Virus record (IMG/VR): IMGVR_UViG_3300005253_000045
Span: 11,629 to 75,628 of that record
DNA length: 64,000 bases
Reading direction: 5' to 3' (one strand)
Source of the DNA: a virus
Part shown: piece after piece, positions 38,674 through 48,478 of the stretch
How positions within the stretch are numbered: position 1 is the stretch's first letter
How the letters are laid out: the number at the start of each line of letters is the position of its first letter
Translations under genes and position numbers: made by a program
Notes under the pieces: model-generated
The model's input: only the letters and a program-made list of their open reading frames with translations
Databases searched by the model: none
What the model was told of the DNA's origin: nothing

Positions 38674-40104
38674 TCATGGGCAAACCTCCTCAAACTCGAC
38701 CTGACTACAAGTGTAGGCCGGCTGACTACTGTACGTTTTCAGTCGCTTCTTAGAGTGTCCCTCCAGGTACTTCCCTCTATCCATAAAGTCGAAGCAGAAA
38801 AGTCTCTCCTTACCCTCTGACAGCCTCATGCCTCTCCCGACTCTCTGAACAGTGAGGTGCGGGGCCTTACCTCCCCCCGCCATAATCAAGAAGGTTAGGG
38901 GCGGTATGTCAAGCCCTTCGTCGGCTATCTTGCTGATTACGAGGAGGTTCAGCTTTCCGGCTCGTACGTCATCGTACGCCTGCTGCCGCACTTTGGTTGA
39001 CTGCTTCCCCGCGATGAATGGGCAGTCCAGCATCTTCGCCAGCTTCGTCCCGTGCTCCAGGCGTTCCACGAGGATGGCGACGGCGCCGCTCCTACTCTCG
39101 TTCAGGCGCCGGGCGAGGTCAACGATGTAGCTGTTGCGTACTGTGTTGCTAATGATACCATATTCGACGGCTTCCGGCCACTTCTTCCAGCTTATCCGGT
39201 TCTTTGGCATTGCTATCATGAAGACATCAACAGCCACTAGATGGCCTTGCTCGGCGAGCTCATCGGCTCCAACGTGGTGGATTGTGGGGCCGAGCCAGGA
39301 GCAGACTTTGAAGAATGTCTCAAGGTCTTCCTCCTTATACGGGGTCGCGCTGTAGCCGTAGCGCCATTTTGCAGACCAAAGGTTGGCCATCACCCGCTCG
39401 TAGCTCTTGGCGGGGAGGTGATGGGCCTCGTCAACGTGTACCTGCCCTATCTCCTCGCGTAGCCAGGTCTCGATGCCCTCTTTCCCCTTGAGGCGGCGGT
39501 AGAGGGTCTGGAAAGTGGCGACGGTGAGGACGCGGGGTTCCCACTTGCCGTCACCAATGACGCCTATGACGTCCTGTTTATCGAAGTCCTCTAGGCCGCG
39601 GCCTAAGCCTAGTGTTTTGATAGCACGGTCGGCTGTTTGAGTCATGAGGTCTTTCCGGTGTACCAGTATCAACCCCGGCAGACCAATGCGCCGCGCTAGT
39701 TCTAAGAGGACTTCCGTTTTGCCTGCCGCCGTTGGGTGCCATACCACGCCCCGCTCTCCCTGTTCCGCCTTTTCTATGGCCTCCGTCTGGTGTTGGCGGA
39801 ACACTGTGCTGTTGTGGAGCCCGGCGAGACGGAAGTCCACGGTGGGAGCGGCCGGCCGCTCTTCTACCACCTCAACGTCGATTCCCTCCGCGTGGAGACG
39901 TGCGGCTAGCCAGGGAGTGAGGCCGGCGGCGAATCGGCCGCTCGGCGACATAATTTTTACCCAGCCGTCCCAGCCCCCGCGCTTGTATGCCCGCGTAAAA
40001 ATGTATCCCTTCTGTCGATACGACAAGAGGGTACGGGCCTGATAGATATTTGGCCCCTCGAACCGGGCGTGAGTGTTGGTGACTGTGATGATGTTATGCG
40101 CCAC
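38674..40104 (-). CDS. SF2 DNA helicase (UvsW-like)
   Basis: PTAAGKT, DEAH, SATP, EGLDIP, QRVGRGMR. Confidence 0.93.
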   Translation of the reverse strand: MAHNIITVTNTHARFEGPNIYQARTLLSYRQKGYIFTRAYKRGGWDGWVKIMSPSGRFAAGLTPWLAARLHAEGIDVEVVEERPAAPTVDFRLAGLHNSTVFRQHQTEAIEKAEQGERGVVWHPTAAGKTEVLLELARRIGLPGLILVHRKDLMTQTADRAIKTLGLGRGLEDFDKQDVIGVIGDGKWEPRVLTVATFQTLYRRLKGKEGIETWLREEIGQVHVDEAHHLPAKSYERVMANLWSAKWRYGYSATPYKEEDLETFFKVCSWLGPTIHHVGADELAEQGHLVAVDVFMIAMPKNRISWKKWPEAVEYGIISNTVRNSYIVDLARRLNESRSGAVAILVERLEHGTKLAKMLDCPFIAGKQSTKVRQQAYDDVRAGKLNLLVISKIADEGLDIPPLTFLIMAGGGKAPHLTVQRVGRGMRLSEGKERLFCFDFMDRGKYLEGHSKKRLKTYSSQPAYTCSQVEFEEVCP

Positions 40105-41237
40105 TACCGCCCGCCTAATCCTATCGCTGCTCTTGTATGGCCCTTCGCTCCAGTGAATCCTTCTGCTGCTGCGTAGAGTTCTGCTAACGTGTACGCCTTT
40201 GTCGCTGTGCCTTCTACTTTATGCTCTGTGAACCAGGCTTGGGCCTCCTCGGTGGTGAGCGGTTTGAACTCTACCTCGGCGGCGCAGCGTCCCGGTCTAC
40301 CCACTGCGGGGTGGAGCTTGCCCAGCGGTTCGTTCGTGGTCACGAGGGCTATGACCCTCATCCCCTGGCCAATCATTCCATCGGACAGATTGAGGAATCG
40401 GGATAGGGCCTGCCCCTCTCTTTGGCGGGCGTCCTCCGCCAGTAGCTCACCCGCATCCTCTAGTATTAGTAGCCGCCACTTACCTTGTTCGGCGTTTGGG
40501 TGCGGAGAAGCGCGAGGTCTCGTAATGGCCGAGTCTCCGTTGTTCTCGCCCATGACTACACCCATCATGTAGGCGGCCGAACCGAAGAAAGCCTCAGGGT
40601 CAACAATATATTCGGTATTGCACCAGTGTCGCCAGGAGTATGCGAGTGCTCTCAGCGCAAAGGTCTTTCCTGTCCCTGGAGGGCCATGCCATAGTACAAG
40701 CCGCCCTCCGTGCGCGGGTTGAAACTGGGCCATTAGTTCGGTTAGAGGGGCAGCGGCTAGCTGTGAGTAGTTGCCACTGATGTCTTCCCAGTCAGGGACA
40801 TCAATACGTCTTGATTGCTCAAGTGCCCCGCTGGGGCCAAGCATCCAGAAGCGAATCTGAATTGTCTTATCGTCCTTCGGGGTAGCGACTGGAAAGAGCT
40901 GTCTAACCTCATTGACGAAGTGTAGATGGGGAGTAGCGGCCAGGTCGGGGAAGGCTGTAACTACTGAAACTCCCGACCTTTCTACCATCACAAGGCCAAT
41001 CCCCCCGTCGTCAAGAGTAAGGAATAATGTACCCCTCTGCATGTCCTGGTAGATGACCTTGCCTCTCCCCCCGTCGAGCTTGATGAGTTTTTCCAGCGGA
41101 GACCCAAGGTCGATAGTCCAGTTGGTGGATTGAAGGTAGGGTTTGTTCTGCGCAAGTGCCTCGTTGGTAAATAAGTTCCATGGAAGGGCACTTACACTTG
41201 TTGAGGCCAGGTCGATTGTTGTGTCAATGGCCTTCAT
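40104..41237 (-). CDS. AAA+ ATPase
   Basis: GPPGTGKT, LILED, TTN, RPGR. Confidence 0.88.
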   Translation of the reverse strand: MKAIDTTIDLASTSVSALPWNLFTNEALAQNKPYLQSTNWTIDLGSPLEKLIKLDGGRGKVIYQDMQRGTLFLTLDDGGIGLVMVERSGVSVVTAFPDLAATPHLHFVNEVRQLFPVATPKDDKTIQIRFWMLGPSGALEQSRRIDVPDWEDISGNYSQLAAAPLTELMAQFQPAHGGRLVLWHGPPGTGKTFALRALAYSWRHWCNTEYIVDPEAFFGSAAYMMGVVMGENNGDSAITRPRASPHPNAEQGKWRLLILEDAGELLAEDARQREGQALSRFLNLSDGMIGQGMRVIALVTTNEPLGKLHPAVGRPGRCAAEVEFKPLTTEEAQAWFTEHKVEGTATKAYTLAELYAAAEGFTGAKGHTRAAIGLGGR

Positions 41238-41239
41238 TG

Positions 41240-41410
41240 TTACACCTCCTGCTCGTAGCTTACTAAGCCCTCGCTAGAGAGTTCGGCGAACGCAGCGCGT
41301 ACAGCAGTCTTGCTGCTCCTCAGGACGCCAATGAGCTCTTCCATCACCAAGTTGGTACCCTCGGGCTGCGCCCTCAGGTGCTTGTACAGCGCGTAGGCTA
41401 TTGGTGAGAT
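41240..41410 (-). CDS. Small winged-helix protein with probable ATC start
   Basis: ISPIAYALYKHL..SKTAVRAAFAELSSEGLV; SD GGAGGT 5 nt upstream. Confidence 0.55.
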   Translation of the reverse strand: MSPIAYALYKHLRAQPEGTNLVMEELIGVLRSSKTAVRAAFAELSSEGLVSYEQEV

Positions 41411-41429
41411 GCTGCACCTCCTCTGTTTC

Positions 41430-41577
41430 TCATGGTCTCGCGCCTGTTGCCTCTCAACGTGGGCCTCCCGCAGGAGAACTCACCCGCGTCAGTGGCGTGT
41501 ACACATTACTCCTCATACCCCACCTACCTGGGAGCACTTGCTACGAGGTAGGGAGAGGCACAGGCGTGAACCCATGA
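41430..41577 (-). ncRNA. Putative structured RNA following the mini-tmRNA
   Basis: About 25-bp closing stem 41430-41455/41553-41577 plus inner hairpins. Confidence 0.45.
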
Positions 41578-41659
41578 TGGTGGAGGTGGCCAGTGTCGAA
41601 CTGGCGTCCGGCCGGCCGCGCCTTAGCGCGTTATCCAACCGTCGAGCCCTCTCACCCCC
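41578..41659 (-). ncRNA. ssrA: Mini-tmRNA (tRNA-like domain only)
   Basis: GGGGGUG/CACCUCC-ACCA acceptor with G3:U70, stemless D-loop ending UCGAC, helix GGUUGG/CCGGCC, GGAC linker, T-arm GCCAG-UUCGACA-CUGGC; TATAAT at 41665-41670. Confidence 0.85.
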
Positions 41660-42600
41660 ATACTATTATAACGTATTATCGACGCGAGCGTTTCACCTTG
41701 TTACTCCGCGCCTTGCGCCGGCGCCAGCACTTGTCTGCTCCGGTCAGGCAGAGCCATACGTTGTCTCTCCCATAGTAACGGCACGCCCGCTCCATCCGGC
41801 AGGTAGCGCACCGCTGTAACTGGTCTATGGGCTCTTCGTTTAGGCCGTCGTTGCACTCATCCATGACAGCACTTACCCGTAGGGTTGAGCATTTCACGCT
41901 TCGCTATCGCGTTCTTTGGTATCTTCTGACGCCACGCCCGGCGACCTTCTACCACCATCTCTAGACCCTCGGTTAGCAGCCACAGACGCGGCGGGTTTCC
42001 AATAGTTATTGCCCCGAACTGCCATAGCCAGGGGGGTGTCGCGTAGACGGTCATGTCCCCACGTTCGTCAGAGGCGAGAAGGGCGGTCTCCCCGTCGTAT
42101 AGTGTGTACTTCATTCTGATACCTCCTCAAAGTTGCGGCAGGTTGGGCAGGGCGTACCATACGGCCCTGTGTCCAGACCCATGACTCTATCACAGGCGAG
42201 GACGCTAGTCCATGTACAAGGCAGCCTGCCTTGTGCTCGGCGGGCGCACCTCTCGCAGTATGCTTGTGTTCCCTTCTCATCCATGAGTATAGCCTCTCCG
42301 GGGCACAGGCGCATGGAGCATCCGCCGCGGCCGGCCTTCGACTCCGCAGTGAAGACTCGATGATTGAACGCCTTTAGTACCACCTTGCGGCGCGGCGGGG
42401 TACTGAGAGCCGTGCAGCGAAAGAGGTGGTACATCGGGGCGGTCGGGCAGTATCCCCCGTAGACGATGCGCCCGGTTCCCCGTTCGTGATTGTGAATGAT
42501 GCCAGACGGTCGGTTGTTAAGCTGGCGGTCTCCGCGTAGAGCCCGACGTCGTATGTCCTGCGGTATCGGCCCCATCATGGTGCTCCACTGCCTCGGCATG

Positions 42601-43056
42601 TCAGCTTTTATTGGAGTCATCGCCCTCTTCCCCCTCTGCGAAGTTCGCCCTCCATTCCCCTGGCTTGATGAGCGCGAGCAGCGTTATTGCCCGCCGCCAC
42701 CAGGGGCTAGCCTCGTCATGGGGTCGGGTGAGAAAGAGCCCTACCTCACGATGGTCTTCATCGATAGCGATGAGGCCCACCATTGACTCTGAGTCGATAG
42801 CATCTACGACCCCGCCCCTGTAGCCAATGGCGAGGACGGCGACGGGCTTGGGGTCGCTGTTCGCCACGAGTGCGATGGTAAACTGGTCTCCGCTCTCATG
42901 TATCTCATCGTAGAGATGACCGGCCCCGCAGACATGGCAGTATACGCCCATTTGGTCTATGTCGTATCCTTCTCGTGTCCATACGCCGTTGCTATCGAGA
43001 GGGTACTCGAATGTCTCGCGCATGACGAGCTCCCCGTCGCAGTTCAAGCAGTTCAT
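42601..43056 (-). CDS. Hypothetical Zn-ribbon protein
   Basis: CLNC..CHVC. Confidence 0.55.
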   Translation of the reverse strand: MNCLNCDGELVMRETFEYPLDSNGVWTREGYDIDQMGVYCHVCGAGHLYDEIHESGDQFTIALVANSDPKPVAVLAIGYRGGVVDAIDSESMVGLIAIDEDHREVGLFLTRPHDEASPWWRRAITLLALIKPGEWRANFAEGEEGDDSNKS

Positions 43057-43262
43057 ACGCGATTCTCCGATTCGGCCTTGTCTATGACATGGCCCTCGAA
43101 TACAGCCACGACGAAGGCACCCTCGCGGGCCGAGTCTTCGCGAAGTGCCGCCTCAATAGCGTGCTCGACTGTGGGCGCCTGTACCCATGCAACGTAGGTG
43201 TCCTGCTCCCGGCTGTCAATGTAGAAGCCGACGACGGTGTATGGTAGTAGCTTTCTGCTCAT
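43053..43262 (-). CDS. Hypothetical early protein
   Basis: YTVVG..VAVFEG; SD present. Confidence 0.55.
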   Translation of the reverse strand: MSRKLLPYTVVGFYIDSREQDTYVAWVQAPTVEHAIEAALREDSAREGAFVVAVFEGHVIDKAESENRV

Positions 43263-43272
43263 CTTGCCCCTC

Positions 43273-43620
43273 CTATCCCCGCCGTATCAGGTAAGTCGTA
43301 CCGTCGAACTCGACGGAAGTGTAGTCCCTTTGTACGTCTTTGGCCCACCGCTCCCAGTCTATGTAGGATTCCATTTGACTGCCGGGGTCAACATATCCTA
43401 CGTCATAGGCGAAGTCTCGGGCATAGTCCTCGAACTCCTCCTCTGGGATGAGTGTCCTGTCTCCGTGGACGCTGTCTAGGTCGCCGCCTAGGTCAGTAGT
43501 GAGAAGCTTGAGTGCGGCCCAGCGCAAGCTATCCTCTTCGTCAAGTCCCCCATTGGACTCGGCGAGGTCGTTGAGCTCGTCTAGTTCTTGGGCAAGGTCG
43601 TCTAGGTCTAGGTACTCCAT
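43273..43620 (-). CDS. ArdA-like acidic antirestriction protein
   Basis: Very acidic; EDYARDF..SYIDWERWAKD resembles the ArdA C-terminus. Confidence 0.6.
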   Translation of the reverse strand: MEYLDLDDLAQELDELNDLAESNGGLDEEDSLRWAALKLLTTDLGGDLDSVHGDRTLIPEEEFEDYARDFAYDVGYVDPGSQMESYIDWERWAKDVQRDYTSVEFDGTTYLIRRG

Positions 43621-43862
43621 GGTAGCCTCCTATCCTGTGTAGTCGAATACGATGTGCCCTATGAGCGCCACGAATGTGGCAACCTCCCACCATGCCTCTT
43701 TGATGCCCGCTCCTACCTGCTTGCAGCGTAGACACCCGAAGCCCACATTCGCTTCGTGGCCTCCACGTGAGTGCCGGAGCTTGAGCACCTGCACCATGCG
43801 GCGGGCATCCGTGAGCAGATGGACAGCGAGGAATGCCAGCGCCACGAGCGCTAGTAGCTCGC

Positions 43863-44129
43863 TTACCGGCAGCATGTCTCCCCTACCATGTGCAGCACTG
43901 GCCCCGGACGCCCGCAGGGGCAAGGCTCTTCCGAGCTCGCCGCGTTGTCTACGGATACCCACACCCACGCCTGCACGTAGGCTCCATCTTCGTCGGCATT
44001 GTGGCACCGTGCCGAGTCCTCCGGCGGATGGTCGTGAGCGCGGCTAACATTGGCGTCGCTGTCTATCTCTATCTCGCCGTCGTGGGCGTATTGACTGCGT
44101 GCCAATTCCCTGTACTCTTCGTCGTTCAT
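43863..44129 (-). CDS. Hypothetical early protein
   Basis: EIEIDSDA.VS..GAYVQAWVWV. Confidence 0.6.
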   Translation of the reverse strand: MNDEEYRELARSQYAHDGEIEIDSDANVSRAHDHPPEDSARCHNADEDGAYVQAWVWVSVDNAASSEEPCPCGRPGPVLHMVGETCCR

Positions 44130-44405
44130 GTCGTCTCTCCTAGCTTCCTGGGTCGTTTCGCGTTGCGTGCGACGCTCTCTCTAAATGGCGAGCGTGCTAT
44201 TAGCTAGTTCTGTCACGCCCATCCCGTTGCCAAACTCGGTCAAGGTGTCTATGGCCTCTTCGTACTCTTCATCCGTGAAGTGCTCGACTTCCTTGTACGT
44301 ATCATACGTGTTGCTCTCATTGAAGCCGGACAGTACGCGGGTAAGGAACCGTGCTGCGTCTTCCGCCTGTCGTATCTGGTCGCTAATCATTGCCTTCTCC
44401 TCTCT

Positions 44406-44735
44406 CTACGTGATTGCCGGGCCGGTTAGTACCGTGTGGCTGAGATACACGGCCTTTTGGTCTAGCCGTTCCTTGATTGTATCTCGCCCCGTATCCATAG
44501 CGGCGCACAAGGCGACAGACGATTCGTATGCTATCGTATAGATGCGTACGGGCTCGTAAATATCTTTGGTGCCATCGCACCAGACGCCGCGACCATCGAC
44601 GACTGTGAATCCGCCGAAGGTAGAGCCGATGAAGTATTCAATCGCCTCTAACCGGCGGGCATATTCGGCTGGCGCTATCTTACCGCCCTTGTTCGGCATC
44701 GATGGTATGACTAGCTTTGCCTCTAGCCACGTCAT
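44406..44735 (-). CDS. Small ferredoxin-like (DUF3574-like) protein
   Basis: FGGFTVVDGRGVW..EP..Q.AV. Confidence 0.5.
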   Translation of the reverse strand: MTWLEAKLVIPSMPNKGGKIAPAEYARRLEAIEYFIGSTFGGFTVVDGRGVWCDGTKDIYEPVRIYTIAYESSVALCAAMDTGRDTIKERLDQKAVYLSHTVLTGPAIT

Positions 44736-45547
44736 TGCTCCCGCTCCCATCTGCGCAAGGCGAGTAGTAGTGGGCCGAGTCCCAGCATAATCAGCAGTAG
44801 CGTTCGCATTCTACGCCTCCTCTTCATCGCTTATCTCTGCCCCTATTATCCCGGCCAGGACGGCACACTCTGCGCATATCTGTATCAGCGCCGCGCTCTC
44901 GATGTTGACGCGCTCTTCGTTCTCTTCGTCGCATACGTCACAGTTGAATGTGCCTGATGAGCGATAGATGCCGGTGTCGTGCCCGATTGTATGTGTCATT
45001 TTACGCCTCCTCGTACCCGTCGAACCATACGCCCGCCTTGTGCGTGTCGTCGCGCTGGCAGTGCGCTCGCGCGTCCGCTAGGAGCAATCTGCGGCGCATT
45101 ATCTTGCGTCGGCCCGATACCTTGAACATGCGTACTACGTTGTAGCGCTTGGGTGTGCAGTCGCCGCAGCAGCTACCCTCGCCGTTGTCTTCGGCCTGTG
45201 GATTCTCGCACATGGTCTCTCGCTCCTCTCTCGGTTATAAGCCCGTCCCCGCGTCCCTCTAGGGGAGAGACGCGGGCATCGGCCTACCCCCGGTCGTTTG
45301 GGAAAACGGTCTCCTCTCCTGGCCGTAGGCAGTCGTGGTCGGCTGCGAATGGGCCTAATAAGGATATGATAATGCCCGCTTCCCCTAGAAGCCGCGCCAC
45401 ACCCTCGATGCCGTGTAGGTCGAAGGCACGGCGTAGACCCTTCACTGTGTCTGCCCGTAGCTCTGCGAGCTCGCGGGTAGCGGCCCGCTCATTGTCTGCC
45501 TGTATCTCTGCTAGTCCTCGCATCTCTGTTCGCCTCCTCTACTACTA

Positions 45548-45584
45548 TTGTCGGTACGTTGACGATATTCTGAAGGGGCGTCAA
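45548..45584 (-). promoter_or_regulatory. Early promoter, sigma28-like
   Basis: TTGACG..TTCA-15-ACCGACAA. Confidence 0.45.
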
Positions 45585-45596
45585 TACCTCCTATGT

Positions 45597-45701
45597 CTAG
45601 CTCTCGTAGGACTCCGTCCCGCAGTCCCGACAGCGCCACCATGACAGACTGCCGAGAGTCCCTAGCAGTTCTAGCCTCTGCCCGTTACAAGCTGGACACA
45701 T
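45597..45701 (-). CDS. 34-aa Zn-ribbon peptide
   Basis: MCPACNG..WRCRDCG; SD GAGGAG. Confidence 0.55.
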   Translation of the reverse strand: MCPACNGQRLELLGTLGSLSWWRCRDCGTESYES

Positions 45702-45716
45702 GATGCTCGCTCCTCT

Positions 45717-45959
45717 CTAATTTAACCAAGCGTCCGATTCTAACCGGGCTGCTGTGCGTATCTCCGGGTTGTCGTGGTACTCAAGGTCGCTAACGGCGAT
45801 TCTCCAACGTGGCCATAGGTCGGGGTAGCCGTCGCGGTCGAACGCTGCCCGTGCTGCCGTAACTGCGGCTATCACCTTGCGAGGGTCGTCACTGTTCTGC
45901 GCCCGCGTTAGTGCGCCTTTTGCTTTCCGATATGCCTTGTTTAGTGCGTCATAATCCAT
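45717..45959 (-). CDS. Hypothetical early protein
   Basis: MDYDALNKAY start after purine-rich SD. Confidence 0.6.
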   Translation of the reverse strand: MDYDALNKAYRKAKGALTRAQNSDDPRKVIAAVTAARAAFDRDGYPDLWPRWRIAVSDLEYHDNPEIRTAARLESDAWLN

Positions 45960-45989
45960 TGTCTCTTCCCCTCTCTCTACTGATAGTGA

Positions 45990-46117
45990 GAGAGGGTCGC
46001 CGGTTGGCACTCAACGGCCCCGCGCACGCCACCGCGCCACGGGCATGACTGGTAGGTGCTGCATTGAGCGCGTGGGTAAGAGCCATGCGCCCTGGCCATC
46101 GTACCGGCGACCCTCTC
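45990..46117 (-). ncRNA. Putative structured RNA
   Basis: Perfect 15-bp closing stem directly after a promoter-like motif. Confidence 0.45.
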
Positions 46118-46152
46118 CTACTATATATTGTCGGCACTTTTGGGCAAAACTG

Positions 46153-46184
46153 TACCCCCTACGCCGGTTAGGACGTAGGGGGTA
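46153..46184 (-). terminator. Hairpin, terminator-like
   Basis: TACCCCCTACG/CGTAGGGGGTA 11-bp stem after stop of upstream ORF. Confidence 0.5.
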
Positions 46185-46617
46185 GTCCGTTGCTAGGCGT
46201 TCGATACTCTTAACGCCAGGTTGAACGCGGGAGCTCCATCGCCCATACCGGCGAACGGGTGAAACGTCCGTGACTCTTGGCAGCCCGCATCCTTACAGAC
46301 GCCCTCAATGTTTCCGCGTGTTAGGCGCTCTGTGTAGAGCTCGCCGTCATACTCGCCGCCGACAATGCGCCGGCGAGACTGTAGGCAAGGCTCTAATGCC
46401 CATCTGTGTACGTGTGTCATGGCTAGTCGCTCTCCTCCTCTTCCTCGTTTAATGCTCTTGCTTCCGCGCTTGCTTCCACTTGCGTTGTAGCTAAGCAAAC
46501 CACTTCCCCGTCGCTTGTGTCTACTACTTCCCAACCGTGTTGGCACGGGAAGCCACCTTCAGCTGCGCGTTGGTAGGTGAATCGCTCCATTCGGCCACGC
46601 CTCCTCTCTGTTGTAGT

Positions 46618-46685
46618 GTATCCGGCCCTAGTATTGGGTACGCTCTATGAGCCGCCGCTAACCAGTGGGCGCTAGGGCCGGATAC
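46618..46685. repeat. Intergenic 14-bp perfect inverted repeat
   Basis: GTATCCGGCCCTAG/CTAGGGCCGGATAC. Confidence 0.85.
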
Positions 46686-47104
46686 GTTAGGCTATACGCT
46701 TGACACTCTTAACCGACGTCGGCCGGCCGTTGCGAGAGTCGAAGTGCAGCAGAGTCTTACGCGCTACCGTCTGTTCGTCTCGCGTGCCGTCTGCATACTT
46801 GATTCTGTAGGTAGGCATAGTCTACTCCTCTGTGGGGACTTCCGATGTACTAGCGGTTATTCGTATGCGTGTTCTGGTAGACCAGGCGCGAACGTGCGGC
46901 CACAGCCGCTATCTATTACGCCTTGCAGCACGTCCTTGCCCCCTTGCCCGCATGTTACCGCCTCTGTAACCGCCTCAATTTCTGTGTTGATAAGGTTACA
47001 GTCGGGGCATATCCAGTCATACCCGCTGGCGATTAGGTCAACTCTATCCATCGTCTGCTCCTCTACCTGCTAGAATGCCGAACCCGTGACGGGTTCGCAT
47101 TGAT

Positions 47105-47668
47105 AGAGACGTCCGGTAGCCGCAGGGCTAGCATGGTCGCCTCAGTAGGCGGGTACAAACGTTGGCCCTGTTGCGTGGTCTCGATGGTCATGCACCGCCT
47201 CTTCCAGCGCCTCAAGCGCCCTCATGTGGAGAAGCTCTGAGTCGCTGTAGGGTTCGCCGTGGGCGATTGTGCCCTCGCGGGGGTCTGTAAACTCCGTTTC
47301 GTAGTGTCCCCGCCATTCGCAACGCTGGCAAGCGATGACAACGCCAGCCATACCGTCTGACACTACGCGGAACGCCGATTCAAACATGATGATACCCGCT
47401 AGCACCGTGGGCACTCCATGCTATCAGGCTCTTGGTTTGGTACAAGCCCTAGCCGTAGCTCGCCAGCATATACGGCTTGACTGAATCCTGCGTTGGGCGA
47501 TTGTAGCTCTTCGTTAGAGTATGGCTCGCCGTTGTCGGACGCCCCCATTACATCCTTGAGTGCAGACGTGGTCAGTACCAGTGCGGCTCGTAGCTGTTCG
47601 TTAGTAGCGTTGGGCATGGTCGTTACTCCTATCTGTTGGCGCTAACCCAGCGGCTACCGGATGTCTCT
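47105..47668. repeat. Stem C: 28-bp inverted repeat enclosing ORFs 47142..47414 and 47399..47617
   Basis: Arms 47105-47132 and 47641-47668, 3 non-WC positions. Confidence 0.88.
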
Positions 47669-47669
47669 T

Positions 47670-47974
47670 GAGACCAGCGAAACACGGCGCGTTAGCATGC
47701 GGTTACTTCGACGGGATGCCGCAGTCTGTACAGTTTTCGGGGCAGCAATTCGGGCAGTGGCCGTCGCTGGGTGTAACATGTCCTGGCTCCTCGGTGCATT
47801 CTCCGGCCACACAGCATTGCGGTTCGGTTAGCTGGACGCAGGGTTCGCAGCTACACACGCAGCTATCCTTACCCGTGCAGAATGTATAGGCGTCGTTACA
47901 GTGATTGATTGTTTCGTCGTGTGACATTGCGTGTTGCTCCTCTCTATGCTAACGCGCCGTGTTTCGCTGGTCTC
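47670..47974. repeat. Stem D: perfect 29-bp inverted repeat enclosing Cys-rich ORF 47703..47927
   Basis: GAGACCAGCGAAACACGGCGCGTTAGCAT at 47670-47698; reverse complement at 47946-47974. Confidence 0.92.
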
Positions 47975-48193
47975 TTGAGGGGACACAGAGAGCGGGGCGT
48001 CATAGTTCCCTAGGCTCTCGCTATTAGCCATTCTATACGTGTCCGTGGGCGCTTCCAGCCTATGCCGTGGCATGGCCGGTGCATCTTGTCATGGTCACAT
48101 GTCGAATTGCAGTCAAGGCAGTATAGGACGCCCTCGCCTTCACAGGTAATACATATGAGCCAGTCGGTATCCTTGTATCGGAACATGGCGCAC

Positions 48194-48457
48194 TTACTTG
48201 ACCGCGAATCCGGCAACCTTGCGGGCAATTCTAACATGGCCGGACGTCGTAACGCGGTAGAAGCCTTCAGACGGTACAGCGTGACCGCCTACGGTTACTT
48301 GCTCGCGGGCCGTGTAGTTGAATACTACCGGTACATTGTTTCGCCATTCCCCGATACAGAGTTCGTACGAATGGATTGTCCGGCCGTCTGTATGCATGTG
48401 TGCGCTAGCGCCGGCCTGACCGTTTGCCCAGGCTTGCGCTACCTGTTGGTTCGTCAT
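48194..48457 (-). CDS. Conserved-type phage early protein
   Basis: VAQAWA..IHSY..IG..Y.VTTS.H pattern. Confidence 0.6.
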   Translation of the reverse strand: MTNQQVAQAWANGQAGASAHMHTDGRTIHSYELCIGEWRNNVPVVFNYTAREQVTVGGHAVPSEGFYRVTTSGHVRIARKVAGFAVK

Positions 48458-48478
48458 TGGCGTGTCTCTCCCTTCTCC

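Noticed and set aside
41430-41659. Canonical tRNA or permuted two-piece tmRNA
   Set aside because: No D-stem or anticodon arm; the 5' and 3' halves are in normal order; no credible tag reading frame found
45597-45675. Apparent hairpin ncRNA
   Set aside because: Better explained by a 34-aa Zn-ribbon CDS with a good SD
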